Shown here: positions 56,918 through 64,000 of the stretch, one piece after another
How the letters are laid out: every line of letters starts with the position of its first letter
Numbering within the stretch: the first letter of the stretch is position 1
NCBI GenBank assembly: GCA_963741955.1
Contig: CAVUKB010000001.1
Coordinates: forward strand, 384,001 to 448,000
Reading direction: 5' to 3'
Length of the DNA: 64,000 nt
Origin: an uncultured Acidobacteriota bacterium
GTDB lineage: Bacteria > Acidobacteriota > Thermoanaerobaculia > Gp7-AA8
Position numbers and translations under genes: made by a program
The notes under the pieces: generated by a model
Database searches by the model: none
The model's input: only the letters and a program-made list of their open reading frames with translations
What the model was told of the DNA's origin: nothing

Positions 56918-58276
56918 TCACCCGCCCCGGATCCCGTACGCGTTGAGTTTCCGATAGAGGTTCGACCGCTCGACGCCGAGGGCTTCCGCCGTCCGGCTGA
57001 CATTGCCGCCGAGCTCCTGGAGTTTGCGGAGAATGTAGCGGCGCTCGAACTCTTCGCGAGCCTCCCGGAGCGTCAGACCGGAAGGAATCTCTCTGGCGGC
57101 AACGTGCGACTTTCCGAGCTGCAGATCGGCGGGCTCGATCACGTCTCCTTCGACCAGGATAGTCAGCCGCTCCATCAGGTTCCGCAGCTCGCGAACGTTT
57201 CCGGGCCAGGGATGAGAGCGGAGCGCATGCACTCCCATCGTGGAGATGCGCTTCGGTTTCCGGCCCGTCTCCGCGGCGAATCGCCGCAGAAAGTGTTCTG
57301 CGAGCAGCACCACGTCGTCGCCGCGGTCACGCAGTGGGGGAACTGCGATCGGGATCACGTTCAGCCGGAAGTAGAGGTCTTCCCGGAAGGCGCCCTTCTC
57401 GATCTCTTCCTGCAGCTCTTTGTTCGTCGCTGCGATCACCCGCGTGTCGACGGCGATACTCTGCTGTCCGCCCACCTTCTGGAACATCTGCTCCTGCAGT
57501 ACGCGGAGGAGCTTGGCCTGAGTGCGAAGGCTCATGTCGCCGACCTCGTCGAGGAAGAGGGTGCCGCCGTCCGCGAGCTCGAACTTTCCCTTTCGGTCGT
57601 CGATCGCGCCGGTGAAGGCGCCTTTCCGGTGTCCGAAAAGTTCCGATTCGATGAGCTCCTCCGGGATCGCGGCGCAGTTGACGTCGACGAACGAGCTCTC
57701 CGCGCGCGGCGACTGACGATGGAGAGTGCGTGCGACGATCTCCTTTCCGCTGCCGTTCTCGCCGGTGATCAGCACCCGGCTGTTGGAAGCGCCGGCGCTG
57801 CGGATCTGATTGAGCAGCCGCTGCATCGCGTCGCTCTCTCCGATCAGAAGCTCGTCGACGGTGACCTGCCGGCGAAGATCGCGTATCTGCTGCGTCAGCC
57901 GGTGGTTCGAGAGCGCGTGATTCACGGTGAGGAGGACGCGATCGAGTGAGAGCGGCTTCTCGAGAAAATCGAATGCGCCGAGCCGCGTCGCGCGAACCGC
58001 CGTTTCGATGTTTCCGTGCCCCGAGACGACGATGACCGGCACGGCGAGTCCCGCGGATTTGATGCGCTCGAGAAGTCCGAGACCGTCCATACCCGGAAGC
58101 CATACGTCGAGAAGGATCAGGTCGAAGTCCTCACGGCCGATCCGGGTCAGCCCTTCCTCGGCACTCTCGCAGAGGACGGGCGTATGTCCCTCGTCTTCCA
58201 GGATGCCGGCCAGAGTGGAGCGGATCGACGGTTCGTCGTCGACTACGAGAATTCTTGCCACGGGACTCCTCGTCAT
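56918..58276 (-). CDS. ntrX: Sigma-54-dependent response regulator (NtrX-like)
   Basis: REC domain, [31 protein letters not shown], Fis-type HTH. Confidence 0.88.
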   Translation of the reverse strand: MTRSPVARILVVDDEPSIRSTLAGILEDEGHTPVLCESAEEGLTRIGREDFDLILLDVWLPGMDGLGLLERIKSAGLAVPVIVVSGHGNIETAVRATRLGAFDFLEKPLSLDRVLLTVNHALSNHRLTQQIRDLRRQVTVDELLIGESDAMQRLLNQIRSAGASNSRVLITGENGSGKEIVARTLHRQSPRAESSFVDVNCAAIPEELIESELFGHRKGAFTGAIDDRKGKFELADGGTLFLDEVGDMSLRTQAKLLRVLQEQMFQKVGGQQSIAVDTRVIAATNKELQEEIEKGAFREDLYFRLNVIPIAVPPLRDRGDDVVLLAEHFLRRFAAETGRKPKRISTMGVHALRSHPWPGNVRELRNLMERLTILVEGDVIEPADLQLGKSHVAAREIPSGLTLREAREEFERRYILRKLQELGGNVSRTAEALGVERSNLYRKLNAYGIRGG

Positions 58277-60423
58277 GCCGGGAGCTCGATCTCGAACCGA
58301 GTTCCCTGCGGGTGGTTGTCGTGGACGGAGATCCGGCCGTCGTGGTCGGCGATGATGCGGTGCACGATCGCCAGACCGAGGCCGGTCCCCCGTTCCTTGG
58401 TGGAAAAATAGGGGAGGAAGAGTTTGTCCTTCTCCGAATCGGAAACTCCGCGGCCGGAGTCGCTGATCTCGATCAGCAGTCTTCCGGCCTGATGTCGCGC
58501 AGTGAGAACGATCTCTCCCCGGTCAGTCGCATCGATTGCGTTGTCGAGGAGATTGATCAGCGCGCGACGGATCTGCTCCGGATCGACGAGTGAGCGGAGC
58601 TCGGGATCGACTTCCGTCCGTACCTGCACGGCCGGTTTGACCTCGGCGTACAGGTTCGACACCTGATTGAGGATCTCCGCGATGGAAGTCTGCCGGAGAT
58701 GGATCGCGGGCATCCGCGCAAATCTGGAGAACTCTTCCACCATGCGCGCCAGCTGGCCGACCTCGTTGACGATGGTGCGGCATCCTTCGTCGACGATCCG
58801 TGCCGTTTCGGGATCGCCACCCTTGAACCGCCGCGCGATTCGTTCCGCGGAGAGCTGAATGGGGGTGAGAGGATTCTTGATCTCGTGTGCGATTCTCCGC
58901 GCCGCTTCGCTCCACGCCGCGAGCTTCTGCGCCCGGACCAGCTCGGTCGTCTCTTCGATCGCCACGACCCATCCCGCTTCGTCGGTCTCTCCCGCCATCT
59001 TCGCGACTGCAATCTCGGCGTATCGGATCTCACCGCCCCGAACGAACGTGATCTCGCGCGGCCGCGGGAGACGTTCCAGCCGCCGCAGGTAATCCAGAAG
59101 AGAGGTCAGCTCGTCCGTCAGGATCTTCTCGAGGTGCATTCCGATCACCGGTTCCCTGATCCCGAGAATCCGGACTGCGGCGCGATTCATACTCACCACT
59201 TCGTGGCGATCGTTCAACGACAGGATGCCGGTCGACACGCTGTCGAGGACGGTCGAGAGATAGTCTCTCTCTTCGTCCAGGCTTCGGTTCACGCTCTGAA
59301 GCTGAGCGTTCGATTCGGTCAGCGCCGTCCGCTGCGTGTCGAGCTGTTCGGCCATTCGATTGAACGAATCGATCAGCAGTCCGAATTCATCCGAGCCCTG
59401 AATGCTGATCCGGTGGCCGTAATCCCCCTCGGCGAGCGTGCGCGTTCCGGCTGCGAGCGCCTGGATCGGCGTGGTGATCCTCCGGGAAACGAGCATCGCG
59501 GTCCAGAGTGCACCGAACAGGAGGAAGAGAGTGACCGTCAGGAACAGCGAAGACTGCGATGCCTTCAGTGCCGGCCGCTGCGCGTCCAGCCGCTCGAAGT
59601 TCTGCTGGGCGATGATGTTCTCGTCGATCATCCTGCTGATCCGGTCCGGAATGAATACCCCTGCCATCGCCACCAGATGACGCTGCGGCGACTCCCGTAC
59701 GCTGGTCGCCCAGCGGAGCCATTTTCCGTGGGCGCCGACGTCGATCTTCTGCGCCGATCCCTTCTCTGCCACTTCATCGAAGAACCGCGACGGCGGATCC
59801 GAGATCTCCTGGACCGGTGAGCGTGGATCAGCCACCAGCCGTTCCACGACTCCCCCGTTGTAGATTCCGACCAGGTCCACGTTGTGGTAGCGGCGCACGT
59901 GCTCGAGCAGCCGGTCGAGCTGGCCCGTGCCTTGAGAGCGCAGCGAGTCGGCCAGTTCCTCCGATGCCCTTCCTGCCTCGCGCATCGCCCTCTCCTGTGC
60001 CGCTTCTGCAATCCGGTCGCTGTTCTCCAGCAGACGCTGCACCGGCATGTTGAACCACCGGTCGATCGACACCTGCAGCAGGTCGGTGGCCACGAAGAAC
60101 AGGAGGAGGATCGGGACGAGCGAGGTCGCGACGTAAGTGGCGACGAGCTTGGTCCGAAATCCGGATCCGAGGATCCCGCGCTGCCGCTCGAGCAGCAGCT
60201 TGATCAGAGTGCGCAGGAGAACGAAGAGGATCCCGAGGATGAGAATGACATTGATGTTCCAGAGAACGAACAGCAGGAGACGCGAGCTCAGAGCGTCGGG
60301 AGAAAGCTCGTTCGCGCGCTGTACGAAGTAATAAACCAGGCTGGTCGCGATGATGATCAGGAGGGGCACCGCGATGATGATCCGCGGGTCCTTCCGGTAC
60401 TGCAGCAGATCGCGCGGTTTCAT
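58273..60423 (-). CDS. ntrY: Sensor histidine kinase (NtrY-like, HAMP-PAS-HisKA-HATPase)
   Basis: AAWSEAARRIAHEIKNPLTPIQLSAER, NLLDNA, GTGLGL. Confidence 0.88.
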   Translation of the reverse strand: MKPRDLLQYRKDPRIIIAVPLLIIIATSLVYYFVQRANELSPDALSSRLLLFVLWNINVILILGILFVLLRTLIKLLLERQRGILGSGFRTKLVATYVATSLVPILLLFFVATDLLQVSIDRWFNMPVQRLLENSDRIAEAAQERAMREAGRASEELADSLRSQGTGQLDRLLEHVRRYHNVDLVGIYNGGVVERLVADPRSPVQEISDPPSRFFDEVAEKGSAQKIDVGAHGKWLRWATSVRESPQRHLVAMAGVFIPDRISRMIDENIIAQQNFERLDAQRPALKASQSSLFLTVTLFLLFGALWTAMLVSRRITTPIQALAAGTRTLAEGDYGHRISIQGSDEFGLLIDSFNRMAEQLDTQRTALTESNAQLQSVNRSLDEERDYLSTVLDSVSTGILSLNDRHEVVSMNRAAVRILGIREPVIGMHLEKILTDELTSLLDYLRRLERLPRPREITFVRGGEIRYAEIAVAKMAGETDEAGWVVAIEETTELVRAQKLAAWSEAARRIAHEIKNPLTPIQLSAERIARRFKGGDPETARIVDEGCRTIVNEVGQLARMVEEFSRFARMPAIHLRQTSIAEILNQVSNLYAEVKPAVQVRTEVDPELRSLVDPEQIRRALINLLDNAIDATDRGEIVLTARHQAGRLLIEISDSGRGVSDSEKDKLFLPYFSTKERGTGLGLAIVHRIIADHDGRISVHDNHPQGTRFEIELPA

Positions 60424-60986
60424 CGCGAGCCGTGCGCTTCCGCGACCCGGGTCTCACGCCATCGGGTCGAGATGTCGACCGGGATCATGGAGAGGAGAAA
60501 CCCTCGTGCGACGTCGGCCCGAACGCGCACCACGTGCTTCCAGGGGCGGCGGCCGCCGAGGTCGAACAGATCGTGCTCATCGATCGAGGTCATCCGCTGG
60601 CGCAGAGCCGCGAGATCCGTGAGTGTCTCCGAGCGCACCAGCTTGTGATCGCGCCGGTAGTTCAGAAGGTACTCGCGGGTGACGGAGTTGAATGTGACGA
60701 CCACCTGAATCTCCGTCTCGCCGACAGTACTGTCGAACCAGTTCGGCCGCTGCCGGAGAAGCGTGATGTGGTAGGTGAATCCTGTCGGAAGCCCGCTCTG
60801 CAGCGCCTTCTGCAGCTCTGCCCGCTCGAAGCCGTTCTCGAGAGTGAATCGGACCGAGACCCTCCCGTTCTTCGCGCTCGCGGAGAGATGATCGATGTAC
60901 GCGTCGGCCTCAGCGAAAACGGCGGAAGAGGCGAAGAGGAAAAGGAGAGCGACAAAGGCAGGACGAAAAACCCTGGACCGGAGCAT
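60420..60986 (-). CDS. DUF4390 domain protein
   Basis: Signal peptide, ALQSGLPTGFTYHITL; typical position upstream of ntrY. Confidence 0.75.
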   Translation of the reverse strand: MLRSRVFRPAFVALLFLFASSAVFAEADAYIDHLSASAKNGRVSVRFTLENGFERAELQKALQSGLPTGFTYHITLLRQRPNWFDSTVGETEIQVVVTFNSVTREYLLNYRRDHKLVRSETLTDLAALRQRMTSIDEHDLFDLGGRRPWKHVVRVRADVARGFLLSMIPVDISTRWRETRVAEAHGSR

Positions 60987-61070
60987 CGTGTGGCATTTTT
61001 ACCACACTCCGGCTGGCTCGAGAAACTCTTTTTCCTCGGCTGCAGACTCCTCGTCAGGATGGCTGATCGG

Positions 61071-61976
61071 TCAGAACGCTCCGGAGATGGCCGGCTCGGA
61101 TGCAGGGAACGACTGGCGTTCCGGGATCTCGTCTTCGATGGACCAGGCATCCGGGTTGTCGAGGATCGCAGCGACGAGCTGAGCGTGGAGAGCGTGCCCT
61201 GCTTTGTACGCGGTGATGGCGCCTGCCATCGGCCGGCCGAGCAGCACGAGATCGCCGATCAGGTCGAGCACTTTGTGGCGGACGAATTCGTCCCGGAAGC
61301 GGAGCGGTCCGTTCACGACTTTTTCGTCGTCCAGAACCACGCAGTTCTCGATCGATCCGCCGCGGGCGAGACCGACGGCACGAAGCTGTTCGACATCGCG
61401 GAGGAATCCGTACGTCCGGGCAGGCGCAATACGGCGGACGAACTCTTCGCGATCGAGCTCGAAGTGGAAGGTCTCTTTTCCGATCACCTTGTGGGCGAAA
61501 TCGATCCGGTAGCGGATGGAGAGGCGTTCGGCCGGCTCGATCCGGATGCGCTTCTCACCAGATTGGACTTCGATCGGGCGTCTGATCCGGAGAATTCCGA
61601 CCGACCCGGCAAGCTCCCGCGTCCCTGCTGCGTCGAGCAGGTGGACGAACGGAACGGCGCTTCCGTCGAGAATCGGGACTTCGCATCCGTCGATGCGGAT
61701 CTCGAGATCGGTGATGCCGTAAGCAGCGATCGCTGAGAGGAGATGCTCGACCGTACCGATCGATACGTCATCTTTTCCGACCGTCGTCGCATAGTCGAGG
61801 GCGGTGGTCGAAGACTGGAGTGCTGGAATTCGCAGATCGTTCAGGTCGGTCCGGACGAAAACGATTCCGGTGCCCGAAATGGCGGGTCGCAGCTCGAGCC
61901 GGGTGTAAACGCCGGCGTGGAGACTGATCCCTTCGATGGCGACGGAGGTAGCGATGGTTTTTCTCTGGATACGCAT
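61071..61976 (-). CDS. lpxC: UDP-3-O-acyl-N-acetylglucosamine deacetylase
   Basis: QRKTI, TVEHLLSA, EVPILDGSA, IAPARTYGF, RHKVLDLIGD, KAGHALH. Confidence 0.96.
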   Translation of the reverse strand: MRIQRKTIATSVAIEGISLHAGVYTRLELRPAISGTGIVFVRTDLNDLRIPALQSSTTALDYATTVGKDDVSIGTVEHLLSAIAAYGITDLEIRIDGCEVPILDGSAVPFVHLLDAAGTRELAGSVGILRIRRPIEVQSGEKRIRIEPAERLSIRYRIDFAHKVIGKETFHFELDREEFVRRIAPARTYGFLRDVEQLRAVGLARGGSIENCVVLDDEKVVNGPLRFRDEFVRHKVLDLIGDLVLLGRPMAGAITAYKAGHALHAQLVAAILDNPDAWSIEDEIPERQSFPASEPAISGAF

Positions 61977-62005
61977 GTCCCTTCCCCAAAATCCACTCTC
62001 CGTAC

Positions 62006-62021
62006 AGCAGAGTCGATGCCA
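62006..62021 (-). promoter_or_regulatory. Sigma-54 promoter upstream of lpxC
   Basis: TGGCATCGACTCTGCT. Confidence 0.6.
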
Positions 62022-62059
62022 TGAATGGAAACTGGCGAATGGAGCAGTAAACCATTTTG

Positions 62060-62072
62060 AATCAGTAGGTTA
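62060..62072. promoter_or_regulatory. IHF-binding site
   Basis: AATCAGTAGGTTA fits WATCARNNNNTTR, about 40 bp upstream of the sigma-54 box. Confidence 0.5.
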
Positions 62073-62124
62073 CGATTTCGGTCCGTCTGTCGGGCACGAG
62101 GGTGTTGTGTCGTCTTGATGTCAG

Positions 62125-62316
62125 GTGTGTTGTACGGATGCAACACTCCCCTCGAGGGAGAGGACGCCCCGACCCGGGCAGCGGCTCCGGTCTAAAGGAG
62201 GCTCCCGGTTTAATGTGAAGGAGGCTCCCCGGTTGCTCACGCCGTTGGCCCTGATGTCTCGCGCCGTCTCGTCGCGAGACGGTGGAGGGGGCCCTCGAGC
62301 AGCGTAACGCAGCCCA
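62125..62316. ncRNA. Candidate structured non-coding RNA (unassigned)
   Basis: Nested pairings CTCGAGGG/CCCTCGAG, GGGC/GCCC, CGGC/GCCG; CCGTCTCG/CGAGACGG hairpin; duplicated AAGGAGGCTCCC. Confidence 0.3.
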
Positions 62317-62379
62317 CAGGCCCCGATCCGGTTCCGCAGCGGAAGGGAGTGTGAGAATCCGGGTTAGAATGCGCAGCCC

Positions 62380-62853
62380 ATGGCCCGCAAGGAATCAACC
62401 GGAGAAAAGCCGGTCGCGACGAACAGGAAGGCGTACCACGAGTACCACATCCTGTCGAAACACGAGGCCGGTCTTGCGCTCACCGGAACCGAGGTCAAGT
62501 CGCTCCGGGAGGGACGGGCGAACCTGAAGGACAGTTACGTGATCTTCAAGGGGCACGAAGCGTTCCTGTTCGGCGCACACATCTCGCCGTATTCTCACGG
62601 GAACCGCGAAAATCACGACCCCGAGCGGACACGGAAGCTTCTGCTGCACCGCCGGGAGATCGAGAAACTCGCGTCGACGGTTCAGGAGAAGGGGCTGACG
62701 GTCATCCCTCTCCGCTTGTACTTCAAGGGAGGTCTTGCGAAGGCGGAGATCGCAGTGGTCAAAGGGAAGAAGCTCTACGACAAGAGGGAGACGGAGAAGA
62801 AGCGGGAAGCGGATCGGGAGACAGCGGCCGCCATCAAGGAGGGAAGGCGCTGA
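62380..62853 (+). CDS. smpB: SsrA-binding protein
   Basis: ATNRKAYHEY, EAGLALTGTEVKSLR, RTRKLLLHRREI, GKKLYDKR. Confidence 0.97.
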   Translation: MARKESTGEKPVATNRKAYHEYHILSKHEAGLALTGTEVKSLREGRANLKDSYVIFKGHEAFLFGAHISPYSHGNRENHDPERTRKLLLHRREIEKLASTVQEKGLTVIPLRLYFKGGLAKAEIAVVKGKKLYDKRETEKKREADRETAAAIKEGRR

Positions 62854-63072
62854 TCCGCCGCGATCCATCTCCGCAGCAGAGACGAGGAGGCAACCCGGAC
62901 TGGCTGGCTCCCCGTCCGGCCCGATGCTACAATCCGCGCCGCTCGGCCTCCGAGAGCCTCGGGTCGCTTCGTATCGGGTTCCGGCAAGTGTAGTGTTTCG
63001 TGCAGATGCTGCGATCGGTCGGGTCCGGCGTTGACGGTTTCGACCGACTGGGATCTACTTCACATTCAGACC

Positions 63073-63918
63073 ATGGCCTGGTTCAAGAAAGAAAAGAAGC
63101 CGAAGGAGCCGGTGGAGTCGAAGACTCCAATTCCGGAAGGGCTCTGGATCAAGTGCGACGAGTGTCGCGAGATCATCTACAAGAAGGCGGTCGAGGAGAA
63201 TCTGAACGTCTGCCCGAAGTGCGGATTTCACTTCCGCCTGAGCGCGACCGAGCGGTTCAAGCTCCTCTTCGACGATGGTGAGTACCGCGAGTTCGCGACG
63301 GACATCCACTCGAATGACCCTCTGCGGTTCCGCGATACGAAGCGTTACCGCGACCGCCTGAAGGTCTACGAGTCGCGAGTCGGACCTTGGGACGCAGTCC
63401 TCTGTGCAGACGGGAAGCTGGGAGGCATTCCGGTCGTGGTCTGTGCGATGGAGTACGCGTTCATGGGGGGATCGATGGGATCAGTGGTCGGCGAGAAGAT
63501 CACTCTCGCCGCCGAGCGGTGCCTCGAGAAGAAGTGGCCGCTGATCGTCGTCTCCTGCTCGGGTGGCGCGCGGATGCAGGAAGGCATCCTCTCTCTGATG
63601 CAGATGGCGAAGATCTCCGCTGCGCTCGGCCGTCTCGGCGACGCCCGGATTCCCTTCATCTCCCTCCTGACCGATCCGACCACCGGGGGGGTGACCGCTT
63701 CCTACGCGATGCTCGGGGATCTGAACGTCGCCGAGCCGAAGGCGCTGATCGGATTCGCCGGTCCGCGGGTCATCCAGCAGACGATCCGGCAGACTCTCCC
63801 GGAAGGCTTCCAGCGTTCGGAGTTTCTCCTCGAGCACGGGATGATCGACGCGATCGCGCCGCGGTCCGAGCTCAAGAGCGTACTGGCGACGTTCCTCCAT
63901 CATTTCCACTCCGCGTGA
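63073..63918 (+). CDS. accD: Acetyl-CoA carboxylase carboxyltransferase beta subunit
   Basis: GLWIKC..C, FMGGSMGSVVGE, SGGARMQEG, PTTGGV, IGFAGPRVI. Confidence 0.97.
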   Translation: MAWFKKEKKPKEPVESKTPIPEGLWIKCDECREIIYKKAVEENLNVCPKCGFHFRLSATERFKLLFDDGEYREFATDIHSNDPLRFRDTKRYRDRLKVYESRVGPWDAVLCADGKLGGIPVVVCAMEYAFMGGSMGSVVGEKITLAAERCLEKKWPLIVVSCSGGARMQEGILSLMQMAKISAALGRLGDARIPFISLLTDPTTGGVTASYAMLGDLNVAEPKALIGFAGPRVIQQTIRQTLPEGFQRSEFLLEHGMIDAIAPRSELKSVLATFLHHFHSA

Positions 63919-63922
63919 TCGC

Positions 63923-64000
63923 GTGAACCGACAGCTTCGCTACCTCGATTCGCTCCAGGCGAGCGGCATCCGTCCCGGACTTCCGCGGATTCGCGCGGTG
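63923..64000 (+). CDS. folC: Probable FolC N-terminus (runs off window end)
   Basis: MNRQLRYLDSLQASGIRPGLPRI directly after accD (conserved accD-folC order). Confidence 0.65.
   Translation, partial: MNRQLRYLDSLQASGIRPGLPRIRAV

Noticed and set aside
62860-63070. tmRNA (ssrA) next to smpB; GACGGTTTCGAC resembles its 5' end
   Set aside because: Too short, with no T-arm/CCA end or tag reading frame; more likely the accD promoter and leader

Overview
High-GC (roughly 65%) bacterial chromosome segment, most consistent with an Acidobacteriota (Thermoanaerobaculia-like) genome. Most of the window is housekeeping or envelope genes: mrp/apbC, mqnD, plsC, korAB, dppBC, tldDE, queD, dprA, mltG-ruvX, pilT, tdk, mutL, tRNA-Gly, lpxC-ntrY/ntrX-like genes, smpB, accD and folC. 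It also holds one IS1634 element. The main accessory region is 2.7-11 kb. It contains a ~341-bp tandem repeat array built on a REP-like double hairpin, followed by an integron gene-cassette array with no integrase in the window (CALIN). That array has 4-5 clear attC sites, three toxin-antitoxin cassettes (two with damaged toxins), an L,D-transpeptidase, a MITE-interrupted DUF4259 gene, a frameshifted DUF4386 gene and a gene that appears internally inverted. Each long attC carries a -10 box in its loop pointing at the next cassette, matching the -10-only, leaderless promoter style seen across the window. Other observations include a REP-like element family with compensatory base changes at three loci, heptamer-repeat hairpins in many intergenic gaps, six sigma-54-type promoters (one upstream of lpxC with an IHF site), a pseudokinase-TonB fusion, a probable AUA start for mltG and a candidate structured RNA upstream of smpB. 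All calls are made by eye from sequence and recalled family motifs; no database searches were run.
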